Assembly (NCBI GenBank): GCA_963820825.1
Contig: CAWGBN010000006.1
Span: forward strand, 32,001 to 96,000
Source: Vulcanimicrobiota bacterium
GTDB taxonomy: Bacteria > Vulcanimicrobiota > Vulcanimicrobiia > Vulcanimicrobiales > Vulcanimicrobiaceae
Reading direction: 5' to 3'
DNA: 64,000 bases
Each line of letters begins with the position of its first letter. The stretch's first letter is position 1. A model generated the notes under the pieces. That model ran no database searches and had not been told where the DNA came from. It saw only the letters and a program-made list of their open reading frames with translations. This document shows positions 28,898-39,598 of the stretch, piece after piece. The translations under genes and the position numbers were made by a program.

Positions 28898-29287
28898 TTA
28901 GGAGTGAGTCCTCTTTACCATCACGTGAAGTTCGGTACGCGCCGTGGGCATGTATGCGGTCGCCGCAAGCGGCGCGACGACGACGAGCATGCCGTCTTCA
29001 TAGCTTGCCGCGACGCCTTCGTACTCGACGGCGACCGGCAATGGAACTCGCTTCACGAACTCGCCGGTAACGATCTCCTTTTGAACGAAGGATCCGCGCC
29101 GCCGGCGAGCCGAGCCGAACCGGCGGCCGGCGACGACGAGATAACGCTCGTCGATCCCGACCCGTAAGCTCTCGGGGTCGGCTCCGGCGACCTCGACGAC
29201 GACGACGACGCGACGCCCTTCCTCATCGACGAAGACGTCGGCGTTCGGCTGGAACGTCCCGAGGCGGGCCCGCAGTACGAACTCCAT
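28898..29287 (-). CDS. Hsp20/alpha-crystallin family protein
   Basis: FQPNADV, VEVAG, GEFVKRVPLP, ASYEDGMLVV; AAGGAG RBS. Confidence 0.88.
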   Translation of the reverse strand: MEFVLRARLGTFQPNADVFVDEEGRRVVVVVEVAGADPESLRVGIDERYLVVAGRRFGSARRRRGSFVQKEIVTGEFVKRVPLPVAVEYEGVAASYEDGMLVVVAPLAATAYMPTARTELHVMVKRTHS

Positions 29288-29309
29288 TGCTCCTTACAAA
29301 CCCCCTGAA

Positions 29310-29336
29310 TTAGCAGTCGGATGCGGCGTCTGCTAC
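29310..29336. promoter_or_regulatory. Degenerate CIRCE (HrcA operator) upstream of hsp20-lon
   Basis: TTAGCAGTC-N9-GTCTGCTAC versus consensus TTAGCACTC-N9-GAGTGCTAA (8/9 and 6/9 matches). Confidence 0.65.
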
Positions 29337-29881
29337 ATCGAGGGGTCGGGAAGCGTGCGGCCGGACGGCCAGACGACGCAGGGGGCCGTCTGGATGCGCA
29401 ACGGGGTCAGGGCGTTGGGCGGGATCTGCACCCGGAAGAGCTGCGGGTGCTTAGTTGGGACGCCGTAGACGGTCGTCGGCGGGAATCCGGTCACGTTGTA
29501 GCCCGGGACGTGGGTCGCCGAGAGTACCCGGTTGATCGCCGTCGCGTCGGCCGCCGACTGATAATCCTTCGTTCGCTGGCCCAACCAGGTCGAGCCGTCT
29601 TCCAATGTGTAGAGAAATCCGATGATCTCGTTCGGAGTCATCGTCGCGGTCGAAAGAACCAGATCGATACGCACGATCTGCATTCCGCGCGAGACCGGCG
29701 ACTGTAGGACCTTCGGCACCGGGCGCAACGAGTCGAGACACGAACCATTTTGGAGCGGCTCTTGCTGCATCGGCGCAGCCGCGGGCATGCTCTGCGGCGG
29801 CGGTTGCGCCGGTCCCGGAGGCGGCTGCTGCGCGACGGCAGAGCTTAAAGCGGCGAGAACGAACGTAGCTATTGCAACCAT
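29333..29881 (-). CDS. Hypothetical secreted protein with Pro/Gln-rich linker
   Basis: Signal peptide (…SSAVA/QQ), PPPGPAQPPPQ linker, two Cys. Start approximate. Confidence 0.65.
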   Translation of the reverse strand: MVAIATFVLAALSSAVAQQPPPGPAQPPPQSMPAAAPMQQEPLQNGSCLDSLRPVPKVLQSPVSRGMQIVRIDLVLSTATMTPNEIIGFLYTLEDGSTWLGQRTKDYQSAADATAINRVLSATHVPGYNVTGFPPTTVYGVPTKHPQLFRVQIPPNALTPLRIQTAPCVVWPSGRTLPDPSM

Positions 29882-29958
29882 GCTCGCACTCTTCGCACCG
29901 TGGGTCCCTTCATCATTTGCAGTCGTCCGCGGCGCGACGAACTCGTCGCGGTTTTTCA

Positions 29959-31284
29959 TTGACGCCTAAACTTTTACGCCGTCTGGGCATGCGCGACGCC
30001 GCCCTGATCGTGATGGGCGGCATCATCGGTTCGGGTATCTTCATGAATCCGTCGGTCGTCGCGCGCTTCGTCCGCAGCGGTCTGCTGGTAATGGGCGTAT
30101 GGACGGCGGGCGGTGTCGTGGCGCTCCTGGGCGCGGGGATCTTCGCCGAGCTCGCCGCGCGCCGGCCCCACGACGGCGGGCTCTATGCCTATCTCCGCGA
30201 CGCCTTTCATCCGGCGCTCGCGTTCATCTTCGGATGGACGCTCTTACTCGTTTCGCAGAGCGGCGGAATGGCGGCGGCGGCGGTAACCTTCGCAAACTAC
30301 TTCGGACAGTTCACCGGCCTTACGTTGCCGCTCCGAGCCGTCGCCGCGGCCGCGATCGCGGTCTTCACCGCGATTAACGCGCTCGGGGTTCGCACCGGAA
30401 CGACCACGCAGAACGCGTTCATGGTCTTAAAGATCGCGGCGATCGCCGCCTTTGCCGCGATCGGTCTCTTCGCCGTCCACGCCGTCGCCAACGCGCCGGA
30501 AGCTGTTCCGCCCAGCGGAACGATCGCAACGCTCGGACTCGCGATGGTGCCGGTGCTCTTCGCCTACAGCGGTTGGCAGACGTCGAGCTTCATGACCGCC
30601 GAACTGCGCGATCCGCACGCAACGCTGCCGCGCGGGCTGCTCGCCGGTGTCGTGCTCGTCGTTGCGCTCTATCTCGGGGTCAACGCGACGTGCCTGCACG
30701 TGCTTGGGATTCACGCCCTCGCGCTCACCAATACGCCGGCGTCGGACGTTGCGGAGATCGCCTTCGGTTCGGCCGGCAGAGTCGCAATTGCGATCGTGAT
30801 CGCGATTTCGACCCTCGGATTCTTGAGCAACCAGATCCTGACGTCGCCGCGCGTCTACTTTCAAATGGCGGCCGACGGTACGTTCTTCAAACCGCTCGCT
30901 GCGGTCAACGCACAGACGCACGCGCCGGTCTTGGCGATCGTGGTACAGGGCGCGGTCGCGGTCGTCATTACGCTCTTTCTCAACTACGGGCAGATCCTCA
31001 ACTACGTCACGTCGAACGACTACATCTTCTTCGGGCTCTCGGCGATCGCGCTGATCGTCTTTCGCAGACGCGACGCGCGCGATCCGCAAGCGCCGCGTCC
31101 GTTCTTTACCATGCCGGGGCACCCATTCACGACGGTGATCTTCCTGGCCGCTGCGTGGTACATCGTCGGCAACACGATCGTAAACTCGCCGCACGACACG
31201 CTCATCGGCGTTGCGATACTGCTCTCCGGCCTCCCGGTCTATTGGCTATTTACGCGCCGGCAGCGCCGCGAGAATCCTCGGTAG
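29959..31284 (+). CDS. APC family amino acid permease
   Basis: LLRRLG...GGIIGSGIF, GGLYAYL, FAYSGW, about 12 TM helices; start is TTG 29959 or ATG 29989. Confidence 0.92.
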   Translation: MTPKLLRRLGMRDAALIVMGGIIGSGIFMNPSVVARFVRSGLLVMGVWTAGGVVALLGAGIFAELAARRPHDGGLYAYLRDAFHPALAFIFGWTLLLVSQSGGMAAAAVTFANYFGQFTGLTLPLRAVAAAAIAVFTAINALGVRTGTTTQNAFMVLKIAAIAAFAAIGLFAVHAVANAPEAVPPSGTIATLGLAMVPVLFAYSGWQTSSFMTAELRDPHATLPRGLLAGVVLVVALYLGVNATCLHVLGIHALALTNTPASDVAEIAFGSAGRVAIAIVIAISTLGFLSNQILTSPRVYFQMAADGTFFKPLAAVNAQTHAPVLAIVVQGAVAVVITLFLNYGQILNYVTSNDYIFFGLSAIALIVFRRRDARDPQAPRPFFTMPGHPFTTVIFLAAAWYIVGNTIVNSPHDTLIGVAILLSGLPVYWLFTRRQRRENPR

Positions 31285-31970
31285 AACCTCGGCGGCGGTG
31301 CCGCGCAGCACGCAATCGACCCGATCGCTGAGCGCAGTCGCCTCCGGATTGATCTCCGCAACGAAAGCGCGACCGTTGTAATGCGTCGCGAGCGCCGCGG
31401 CGGGATAGACGACCGCGCTCGTGCCGACGACCAGGATCACGTCGGCCCGCGACGCCGCGCGCTCCGCCTCGCGCCAGACGGCCGCCGGAGCGGCTCGCCG
31501 AACCAAACGATATCGGGGCGAAATCGCCCGCCGCACTCGTGATCGATTTTGTCGAGCGGCATTCCCGGAGCATCGAACGGGCGGCGCGCACCGCAGTTCG
31601 AGCAGCGCGCTTCGCGCAGGTTGCCGTGAAGCTCGAGCACGTTGCGCGAACCCGCGCGCAGGTGCAACGAATCGACGTTCTGCGTCGCCAGCGTGAAGTC
31701 GGGAACCAGCTCTTCGAGCCGGACGAGCGCACCGTGTCCGGCGTTCGGCTCGGCGCGGGCGTGCGCCGCTCTGCGTTCGTTGTACCAAGTCCAGACGAGT
31801 TGCGGATCGCGCGCGAACCCTTCGGGGGAGGCGAGATCCTCGACGCGATGCGTCCGCCAGAGACCGCCGACGCCGCGAAACGTCGGCAGGCCGCTCTCCG
31901 CCGAGATACCCGAACCGGTCAGAACGAAGACCGAGTTCGCGCGCTGAAGCGCGGTTACGAGCGCTTCCAT
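31246..31970 (-). CDS. cobB: NAD-dependent deacylase (sirtuin), frameshift near 31487
   Basis: TGSGISAESGLPTFRG, TQNVDSLH, LHGN, RPDIVWFGE, then continues in another frame as VVGTSAVVYPAA, EINP. Confidence 0.9.
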
Positions 31971-31972
31971 CG

Positions 31973-33406
31973 CTAGGCCTTGACCGCCGCGCGATGGTGG
32001 ATCTTTCCGAACGGGATATAGTGGCGCAGCGGAATTTCAGCGGCTGCGGCGTGGCGCAATCCGGCGATCGCCGCTGCAATCATGCAGACGCCCACGCCGA
32101 TCGATACCCAGAAGGCGGCATGCAAGCCGCCGGCGAGCGTCGGCTGCATCTCTTGCGCGGCGGCGCCGAGCGCGACCCCGAAAGCGATCCCGAGTTGCAG
32201 CGCGAAGCTGAGCGCGGCCGAGGCGCTTCCTTCGTCGGCATCGTCGACGTGCGCGAGACCGGCGATCATCCCGCTTTGATAGGCGAGCATGCCGCCGAAG
32301 CCGCCGATACACGTCGCCGGGAAGATCGTCGCCCAATATGACGAGTGCGGCTCCATGAAGAGCAGTATCGCCTCGCCGGCGGTCATTACGGCACCCATGG
32401 CGATACACATCCTGCGTACGCCGATGGCGCGCGCGATCGGCATCGTGAGCGGCGCCGCGACGAACGAGATGATCAACGCGGAAGGAAGAAAGGCGAGCCC
32501 CGCTTCGAGCGGCGTGTAGCCCGAGACTTGCTGGACGTAGACCGATGCGAAGACCATGATCCCGGCATACGACATCGGCTGCAGCAGCACGATCGAGGCT
32601 CCCGAGAGCAGATCCGGATAACGGAAGAGTCGCGGCGGAAGAATCGGTTCCGCGGCCAGCCGCTGCACTACGATCAACAACGCGAGCAGCACCAGCGTGA
32701 TGACGATGCCGGCAATCGTCCGTAGCGAGCCGATGCCGCCGTCCGGAATCGATTCGATCGTATAGACGAACGTCACGAGCATTGCCGTGAGCAAGACCGC
32801 GCCCGGCACGTCGAGCTTCGTGCGGCCTGCGACGCCGGCGTCTCGCGGCAGATGCGACGCGGCGAGCGCGAGGACGACGACAGCGAACGGCACGTTGACG
32901 TAGAGCACCGAGCGCCATCCCAAATATTGAACCAGTACCCCGCCGAAGAGCATGCCGGCGGCGACGCCGGTGCTGCCGATGGTCCCCCAGAGTGCGATCG
33001 CGCGCGAGCGCGCGGCACCGGGCGCGAACATCGAGAGCACGATCGCCAACGCCGCCGGATTGACCAGCGCCGCACCCAAACCTTGAAGGCCGCGCATGGC
33101 GATCAGAAAGACGCCGTTGGGCGACAAGCCGCCCAGAAACGACGCTACCGTGAAGATTACCAACCCGATGACGAAGAAGCGGTAGCGCCCGTAGATGTCG
33201 GCGCAGCGCCCCGTCAGCATGAGAAATCCGGCGAGGAAGATCGCGTAGGTGCTCACGATCCATTGGCCCGACGATGCGGTTAGGTGAAGGTCGCGCTCCA
33301 TCGACGGCAGGGCGATGCTGACGATCGAGAAGTCGACGAGCAGCATGAAAAAGGTCGCGCTCAACAAGCCGAACGCGACCCACACTCGCCCCCGTGGGGC
33401 AATCAC
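31973..33406 (-). CDS. MFS transporter (DHA2/EmrB-like)
   Basis: FMLLVDFSIVSIALP, GRCADIYGR, RGLQGLGAA, WRSVLYVNVP; GTG start overlaps the korB stop. Confidence 0.9.
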   Translation of the reverse strand: MIAPRGRVWVAFGLLSATFFMLLVDFSIVSIALPSMERDLHLTASSGQWIVSTYAIFLAGFLMLTGRCADIYGRYRFFVIGLVIFTVASFLGGLSPNGVFLIAMRGLQGLGAALVNPAALAIVLSMFAPGAARSRAIALWGTIGSTGVAAGMLFGGVLVQYLGWRSVLYVNVPFAVVVLALAASHLPRDAGVAGRTKLDVPGAVLLTAMLVTFVYTIESIPDGGIGSLRTIAGIVITLVLLALLIVVQRLAAEPILPPRLFRYPDLLSGASIVLLQPMSYAGIMVFASVYVQQVSGYTPLEAGLAFLPSALIISFVAAPLTMPIARAIGVRRMCIAMGAVMTAGEAILLFMEPHSSYWATIFPATCIGGFGGMLAYQSGMIAGLAHVDDADEGSASAALSFALQLGIAFGVALGAAAQEMQPTLAGGLHAAFWVSIGVGVCMIAAAIAGLRHAAAAEIPLRHYIPFGKIHHRAAVKA

Positions 33407-34419
33407 GGCTGCATCAGGCGTTGCCAATCGTCGGGTTGGATTCGCAGATCTGTTTCGTCGAGCTGCGCGAGCGGCGTGCGGGTGAGGTGTTCGCGTTCGC
33501 AGAGATCCTGCTCTTTGGTGTCGACGAAGAGCAGGCCGGTCACGAACTCGCCCTTCGCGCGCGATTCGTGAATCGTGCGCAGTGCGCCGATCCCGTCGGT
33601 CGGATCGTAGTCGACGTCGAGCTTGCGAAGCAAGACGTGCGAGCCATCCTCGAGCTCGACGTCGCGGACGGTGCCGGGCTCGTAATCGACGGTGACCTCG
33701 CGCCCGCCGGCGATGTAATCGGCGGTGTGCAGCACGATGTCGTGATCCTTGACGTAGGCGTAACTCTTGGTCGACCCGGCGTGGTCGTTGAAGGTCACGC
33801 AGGGGCTGATCACGTCGAGGATCGCGGTTCCACGATGCGAGAAGGCAGCTTGAAGCAACGGCACGAGCTGCTTTCCGTCGCCCGAGAACGAACGCGCGAC
33901 GAACGTCGCGCCCAGCTCGATCGCGAGACCGCAGATATCGATCGTCGCGTACTCGTTGACCTTGCCGCCCTTCTGCGTCGATCCGACGTCGGCCGTGGCG
34001 GAGAACTGTCCCTTCGTGAGACCGTAGCATCCGTTGTTTTCGACGATGTACGTGCAGTCGACGTTGCGCCGGATCATGTGACAGTATTGTCCCAAGCCGA
34101 TGCTCGCGGTGTCGCCGTCGCCGCTGATGCCCAGAACGAGCAGATCGCGATTGGCAAGCTTCGCGCCCGTCGCAGCCGAAGGCATGCGGCCGTGCAATCC
34201 GTTGAAGCCGTGCGCTTGTTCGACGAAATAGGCGGGCGTCTTCGAAGAGCAGCCGATGCCGCTCATCTTCGCCAGCTTGTGCGGCTCGACCCCGTACTCG
34301 TAGAGCGCCTTGATCAAATGGTTGGTGATCGAGTTGTGGCCGCACCCGGCGCAGAGCGTCGTTGGAAGTCCTTTGTAGACCTCGCGCGTGAGCCCGATAA
34401 TGTTCAAATTGGCTGTCAT
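33403..34419 (-). CDS. korB: 2-oxoacid:ferredoxin oxidoreductase beta subunit
   Basis: LCAGCGH, SGIGCS, HGR, GDGD, NNGCYGLTKGQFS (TPP-binding). Confidence 0.93.
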   Translation of the reverse strand: MTANLNIIGLTREVYKGLPTTLCAGCGHNSITNHLIKALYEYGVEPHKLAKMSGIGCSSKTPAYFVEQAHGFNGLHGRMPSAATGAKLANRDLLVLGISGDGDTASIGLGQYCHMIRRNVDCTYIVENNGCYGLTKGQFSATADVGSTQKGGKVNEYATIDICGLAIELGATFVARSFSGDGKQLVPLLQAAFSHRGTAILDVISPCVTFNDHAGSTKSYAYVKDHDIVLHTADYIAGGREVTVDYEPGTVRDVELEDGSHVLLRKLDVDYDPTDGIGALRTIHESRAKGEFVTGLLFVDTKEQDLCEREHLTRTPLAQLDETDLRIQPDDWQRLMQP

Positions 34420-34429
34420 TTTATCTCTT

Positions 34430-34465
34430 TGTTATCCTGAGGCTGTCGAAGGATTGTCGAAGGAC
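34430..34465 (+). repeat. REP-like element remnant
   Basis: TGTTATCCTGAGGCTGTCGAAGGA with a tandem second TGTCGAAGGA; shares ends with the element at 37069-37108. Confidence 0.55.
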
Positions 34466-34469
34466 ATAT

Positions 34470-36293
34470 TTAATCCGCGACGACCGCCGGCGCCCGCTCC
34501 TCCTCGAGGAGCGGATCGATGATCGCGTGCGCGTCGATGGGGACGCCGTTGTAGTGACGAATTGATTCGAGCCGGCCGAGCAGATGCGTCGGCAGCTCGG
34601 CGCGCATGATTCCGAAGAGCTGACCGTCGCGATTCTGCTCCACGACGTAGACGCGGTCGTGGCGCTTGACGAAGGCCGCTACGTCCGGCGAGAGCGGCAG
34701 CGCGCGCACCCGCATGTAGTTGAACTCGATGCCCGCGTCGCTGAGAAAATCGCGCGCTTCGACGACTGCGTGGTGCGTCGTGCCGTAGGCCAGGATCGCG
34801 ATCTTCGTGCCTTTCTTCTCCTCGACGACCGGCGCCGGCACGGCCGTTCGCGCCGTTTCGTGTTTGCGCACGAGCCGGTCGAGGTTGCGTTGCCAAACGT
34901 CGGGCATCTCGGAGTAGCGCGCCTCCTCGTCGTGACCGGTGCCGCGCGTAAAGAAGCCGGCGTTTGGGTGCTGCGTTCCCGGCAGCGTGCGATACGGAAT
35001 CCCGTCCTTGTCGACGTCGCGATAGCGCCCCCATGACTTCATCGACGAAAGATCGTCGGCCCCGAGCACCTTACCGCGGTCGAACGGTTTATCCGGGTAG
35101 CGAAGCGGCGGCGTCAGCCAGGCGTTCATCCCCAGATCGAGGTCGCTGAGCACGAAGACCGGCGTCTGAAAGCGCTCGGCGAGATCGAACGACTCCATTG
35201 CGAACTCGTACGCTTCGGCGACGGTCGCCGGCAAGAGGACGATATGCTTGGTATCGCCGTGCGAGAGCGTGTAGGTAAAGGCAACGTCGCCCTGCATCGT
35301 GCGCGTCGGCAATCCGGTCGACGGCCCGGCGCGCTGCACGTCGAAGATCACGCCCGGAACTTCGGCAAAATATCCGTATCCGGCATACTCGGCCATCAGC
35401 GAGATTCCCGGACCGGAGGTCGAGGTCATCGCGCGCGCCCCGGCCCAGCCGGCGCCGAAGACGATCCCGGCGGCTGCGAGCTCGTCCTCAGCCTGGACGA
35501 TCGCGACGTTGTGCCGCCCGGTCTCTTTATCGACGCGGTAGCGGTCGCAGTATTGAATGAAGTACTCGCAGAGCGACGACGAAGGCGTGATCGGATACCA
35601 CGCGGCAACCGTACAGCCGCCCATCAAGCATCCCAATGCGGCCGCGCGATTCCCCTCCATGAACATCAAACCGTCGGTCTTACCCGTCATCGGTACGAAA
35701 CGGAACGGGTCGTGCTTTTCGAGGTGCGTGCGCGCGTATTCGAGGCCGACGTTTACCGCGGTGAGATTGAGCTCGACCGCCGACGACTTGTTGCGAAACT
35801 GCGCTCGCAGGCTCTCTTCGATGGTGGCGATCGGGATATCGAAGAGGTGCGCGAGCGCGCCCACGTAGATCATGTTCATCAAATACTTGCGAAGGTCGCC
35901 CTTATCGGCGAAATGCTCCTTCGCTAAAGCCGTGAACGGAACGGGATAGTAGCTGAGATCCTCGCGCAGCGTATCGCCCTTGCACGGGAAGCTCTCTTCG
36001 TGCACGACCGCGCCGCCGGGCTTGACGCCGGCGACGTCTTGCGCCCACGTCGCCGCGTTGAGCGCGACCAGCACGTCGAAGTCGCGGGCGCGGCACTGAT
36101 AGCCGAGCGCCGAGACGCGCACGTCGAACCACGTCGGCAGCCCCTCGATATTCGAGGGAAAGACGTTCTTCGGAGCGACCGGAATTCCGAGACGCGCGAC
36201 GGCGTTGGTGAGCACGAGATTCGAAGACTGGCTGCCCGACCCGTTGACCGTCGCTACGCGAATGGTGAAATCGTTAACGTTGCGCGCTGGCAT
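34470..36293 (-). CDS. korA: 2-oxoacid:acceptor oxidoreductase alpha subunit
   Basis: NGSGS, YPITPSS, QAEDELAA, TSGPGISLM, QRAGPSTGLPT; start MPARNVNDF. Confidence 0.93.
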   Translation of the reverse strand: MPARNVNDFTIRVATVNGSGSQSSNLVLTNAVARLGIPVAPKNVFPSNIEGLPTWFDVRVSALGYQCRARDFDVLVALNAATWAQDVAGVKPGGAVVHEESFPCKGDTLREDLSYYPVPFTALAKEHFADKGDLRKYLMNMIYVGALAHLFDIPIATIEESLRAQFRNKSSAVELNLTAVNVGLEYARTHLEKHDPFRFVPMTGKTDGLMFMEGNRAAALGCLMGGCTVAAWYPITPSSSLCEYFIQYCDRYRVDKETGRHNVAIVQAEDELAAAGIVFGAGWAGARAMTSTSGPGISLMAEYAGYGYFAEVPGVIFDVQRAGPSTGLPTRTMQGDVAFTYTLSHGDTKHIVLLPATVAEAYEFAMESFDLAERFQTPVFVLSDLDLGMNAWLTPPLRYPDKPFDRGKVLGADDLSSMKSWGRYRDVDKDGIPYRTLPGTQHPNAGFFTRGTGHDEEARYSEMPDVWQRNLDRLVRKHETARTAVPAPVVEEKKGTKIAILAYGTTHHAVVEARDFLSDAGIEFNYMRVRALPLSPDVAAFVKRHDRVYVVEQNRDGQLFGIMRAELPTHLLGRLESIRHYNGVPIDAHAIIDPLLEEERAPAVVAD

Positions 36294-36357
36294 ACTTGGT
36301 TGGTTACGCGCCGCAGGCCGGAGGCCTGCGGGGATGGCCGCCAGAAGGACGGCCCGG

Positions 36358-37068
36358 ATGCTGGCGCTCTCGCACGTTATCCTGCACGTGGGGTTTTGCG
36401 GTGCCATCGCTCGGATGCCGGCCGAAACAACCGTGGCACTGCGCGTTCACCTCGCCGACCGTTCCGGTCGCACGCAAGTCGATAAGGTCTTTCGCGTCGA
36501 GCGCGGCGACGAATCCGAAGCGATCGTCGAGTTCGACAGCGCCTTCGGCACCTACCGGCTCGACCTCGTCGCGCCGCGGTACCGCTGCTCGGCGACCGAT
36601 TACCTGTTTCTCATTTCGGGGCACGATCGGAGCGTGACGGAGAAGCTCGCCGATGCGTCGGCTCCCGCGCTGCCCGCGCCGGTACTGCTCTCCGGCACGG
36701 CTCCGCAGTCCTTTCTCTACGTCCAGCCGACGTTCGTACTCTTCGATAAGAGTCAGACCGCCTGCGATAAACCCGTGCCCCAGCCGCTGACGACGAACGT
36801 CAGCGTTGAGAACGATCAGGACGGATACTACATCTCGCTCTATCCCGATCGGTCGGCTGCGCCCGGCTCGCAGCAGCTCGCGCTGCGGCTGCGAACGCCG
36901 ACGCGACAGTACCACTACGTGCGCGTTCCGATCTCGTTTCCAATGGCACCGACGGGTTGGCCGACGAGCGTTACGCTCGACGTGACCGAGGATATGATCG
37001 ACGGACTCGCGGGCGATCCGGTCAACACTCTGCTCTGCCCGAAGATGTGGCGCACCTCGGCCGGATAG
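36358..37068 (+). CDS. Hypothetical protein
   Basis: Only long, coding-like frame between korA and the groEL terminator; start uncertain. Confidence 0.6.
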   Translation: MLALSHVILHVGFCGAIARMPAETTVALRVHLADRSGRTQVDKVFRVERGDESEAIVEFDSAFGTYRLDLVAPRYRCSATDYLFLISGHDRSVTEKLADASAPALPAPVLLSGTAPQSFLYVQPTFVLFDKSQTACDKPVPQPLTTNVSVENDQDGYYISLYPDRSAAPGSQQLALRLRTPTRQYHYVRVPISFPMAPTGWPTSVTLDVTEDMIDGLAGDPVNTLLCPKMWRTSAG

Positions 37069-37108
37069 CCCTTCGACTCCGCCGCCGCGCGGCTCGCTCA
37101 GGATGACA
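37069..37108 (-). repeat. REP-like element
   Basis: Minus strand reads TGTCATCCTGAGCGAGCCGCGCGGCGGCGGAGTCGAAGGG, the GTCATCCTGAG...TCGAAGG repeat type. Confidence 0.65.
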
Positions 37109-37146
37109 AAAAAAGGAAACAGGCGCACCTCAACGGTGCGCCTGTT
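37108..37146 (-). terminator. groEL intrinsic terminator
   Basis: AACAGGCGCACC-tcaac-GGTGCGCCTGTT stem, followed on the minus strand by TCCTTTTTTT. Confidence 0.8.
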
Positions 37147-37172
37147 AGTCTCGACAGTCCGCGTTCGGACTA

Positions 37173-38848
<1,676 letters not shown>

Positions 38849-39154
38849 TTAAACGCCGGCCGGCACTTTGTCGACGATGGCGAGAATGTCTTTTTCCGGA
38901 ATGATGAGATACTCGGTACCGTCGATCTTGACTTCGCTGCCCGAGTACTTGCGATAGAGCACGCGATCGCCGACCTTGACGTGCATCTCGACCTGAGTGC
39001 CCTTATCGGTCACCCGGCCGGTTCCGACAGCCCGAATGATGCCCTCTTGGGGCTTCTCCTTGGCCGTATCCGGAAGAAAGACGCCGCCGCTGGTCTTGTC
39101 GTCCTGCTCTACGTGCTCGACAACGACGTTGTCGAACAAGGGCTTGAGATTCAC
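38849..39154 (-). CDS. groES: Co-chaperonin GroES
   Basis: LKPLFDNVVV, GGVFLPDTAKEKP, VKVGDRV; GGAGG RBS before GTG. Confidence 0.97.
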   Translation of the reverse strand: MNLKPLFDNVVVEHVEQDDKTSGGVFLPDTAKEKPQEGIIRAVGTGRVTDKGTQVEMHVKVGDRVLYRKYSGSEVKIDGTEYLIIPEKDILAIVDKVPAGV

Positions 39155-39200
39155 GCTAAACCTCCACTGAAATATCGGTAATATAGGTGAGGAACACAAT

Positions 39201-39264
39201 TTAGCACTCTTCGCGCTCGAGCGCTAGCCGTGCCATATTAGCAGAGTCTGCTCGCGAGTGCAAG
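39201..39264 (-). promoter_or_regulatory. groES promoter with tandem CIRCE elements
   Basis: TTAGCACTC-N9-GAGCGCTAG (39201-39227) and a degenerate copy (39238-39264) overlapping a minus-strand TTGCAC-N17-TAATAT promoter. Confidence 0.88.
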
Positions 39265-39319
39265 GACCCTTTCTCCAGGGTGGCGCTCTGGCGGCTAGGC
39301 GAGCGAGCGCCTTCTCTCT

Positions 39320-39598
39320 TTAGAGAATGAGTCGGGCCGGCGAGACGAAGAGCAGGTAGGCCTGGGCCGCCGCCACCGCGGCAAAGAAGAGGACCACCCA
39401 GGGCGGCTTCACCCAACAGCGCCATTGCCGAACGCCCGCGGCGTAGGCCGCGCTGTAGAGCACCACGGCCGCGACCGAGAGCACGAGCACGGCGTACTTA
39501 CCGAAGAGGAGCGCGAGAAAGGCCGCCTTGCAGAACGTGAAGGCGTAGCCCTCGATCTCCTTACCGCGCTGGACTCTGGTCGAGTTCTCCACGAGCAA
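39320..39598 (-). CDS. Small membrane protein, last gene of the Lgt-like/radical SAM operon
   Basis: About three hydrophobic segments, Cys in FCKAA and RCWVKPP; overlaps the radical SAM stop. Confidence 0.7.
   Translation of the reverse strand: MLVENSTRVQRGKEIEGYAFTFCKAAFLALLFGKYAVLVLSVAAVVLYSAAYAAGVRQWRCWVKPPWVVLFFAAVAAAQAYLLFVSPARLIL

Noticed and set aside
33407..34345. Extended MFS ORF, and similar extensions on murG, murD, mraY, murC and the rsmH-ftsL 'fusion'
   Set aside because: Out-of-frame read-through over upstream genes in GC-rich DNA, or a result of the rsmH indel.
36304..37172. GroEL with a long C-terminal extension
   Set aside because: Caused by the indel near 37210; the GGM tail, stop codon and terminator sit at 37108-37205.
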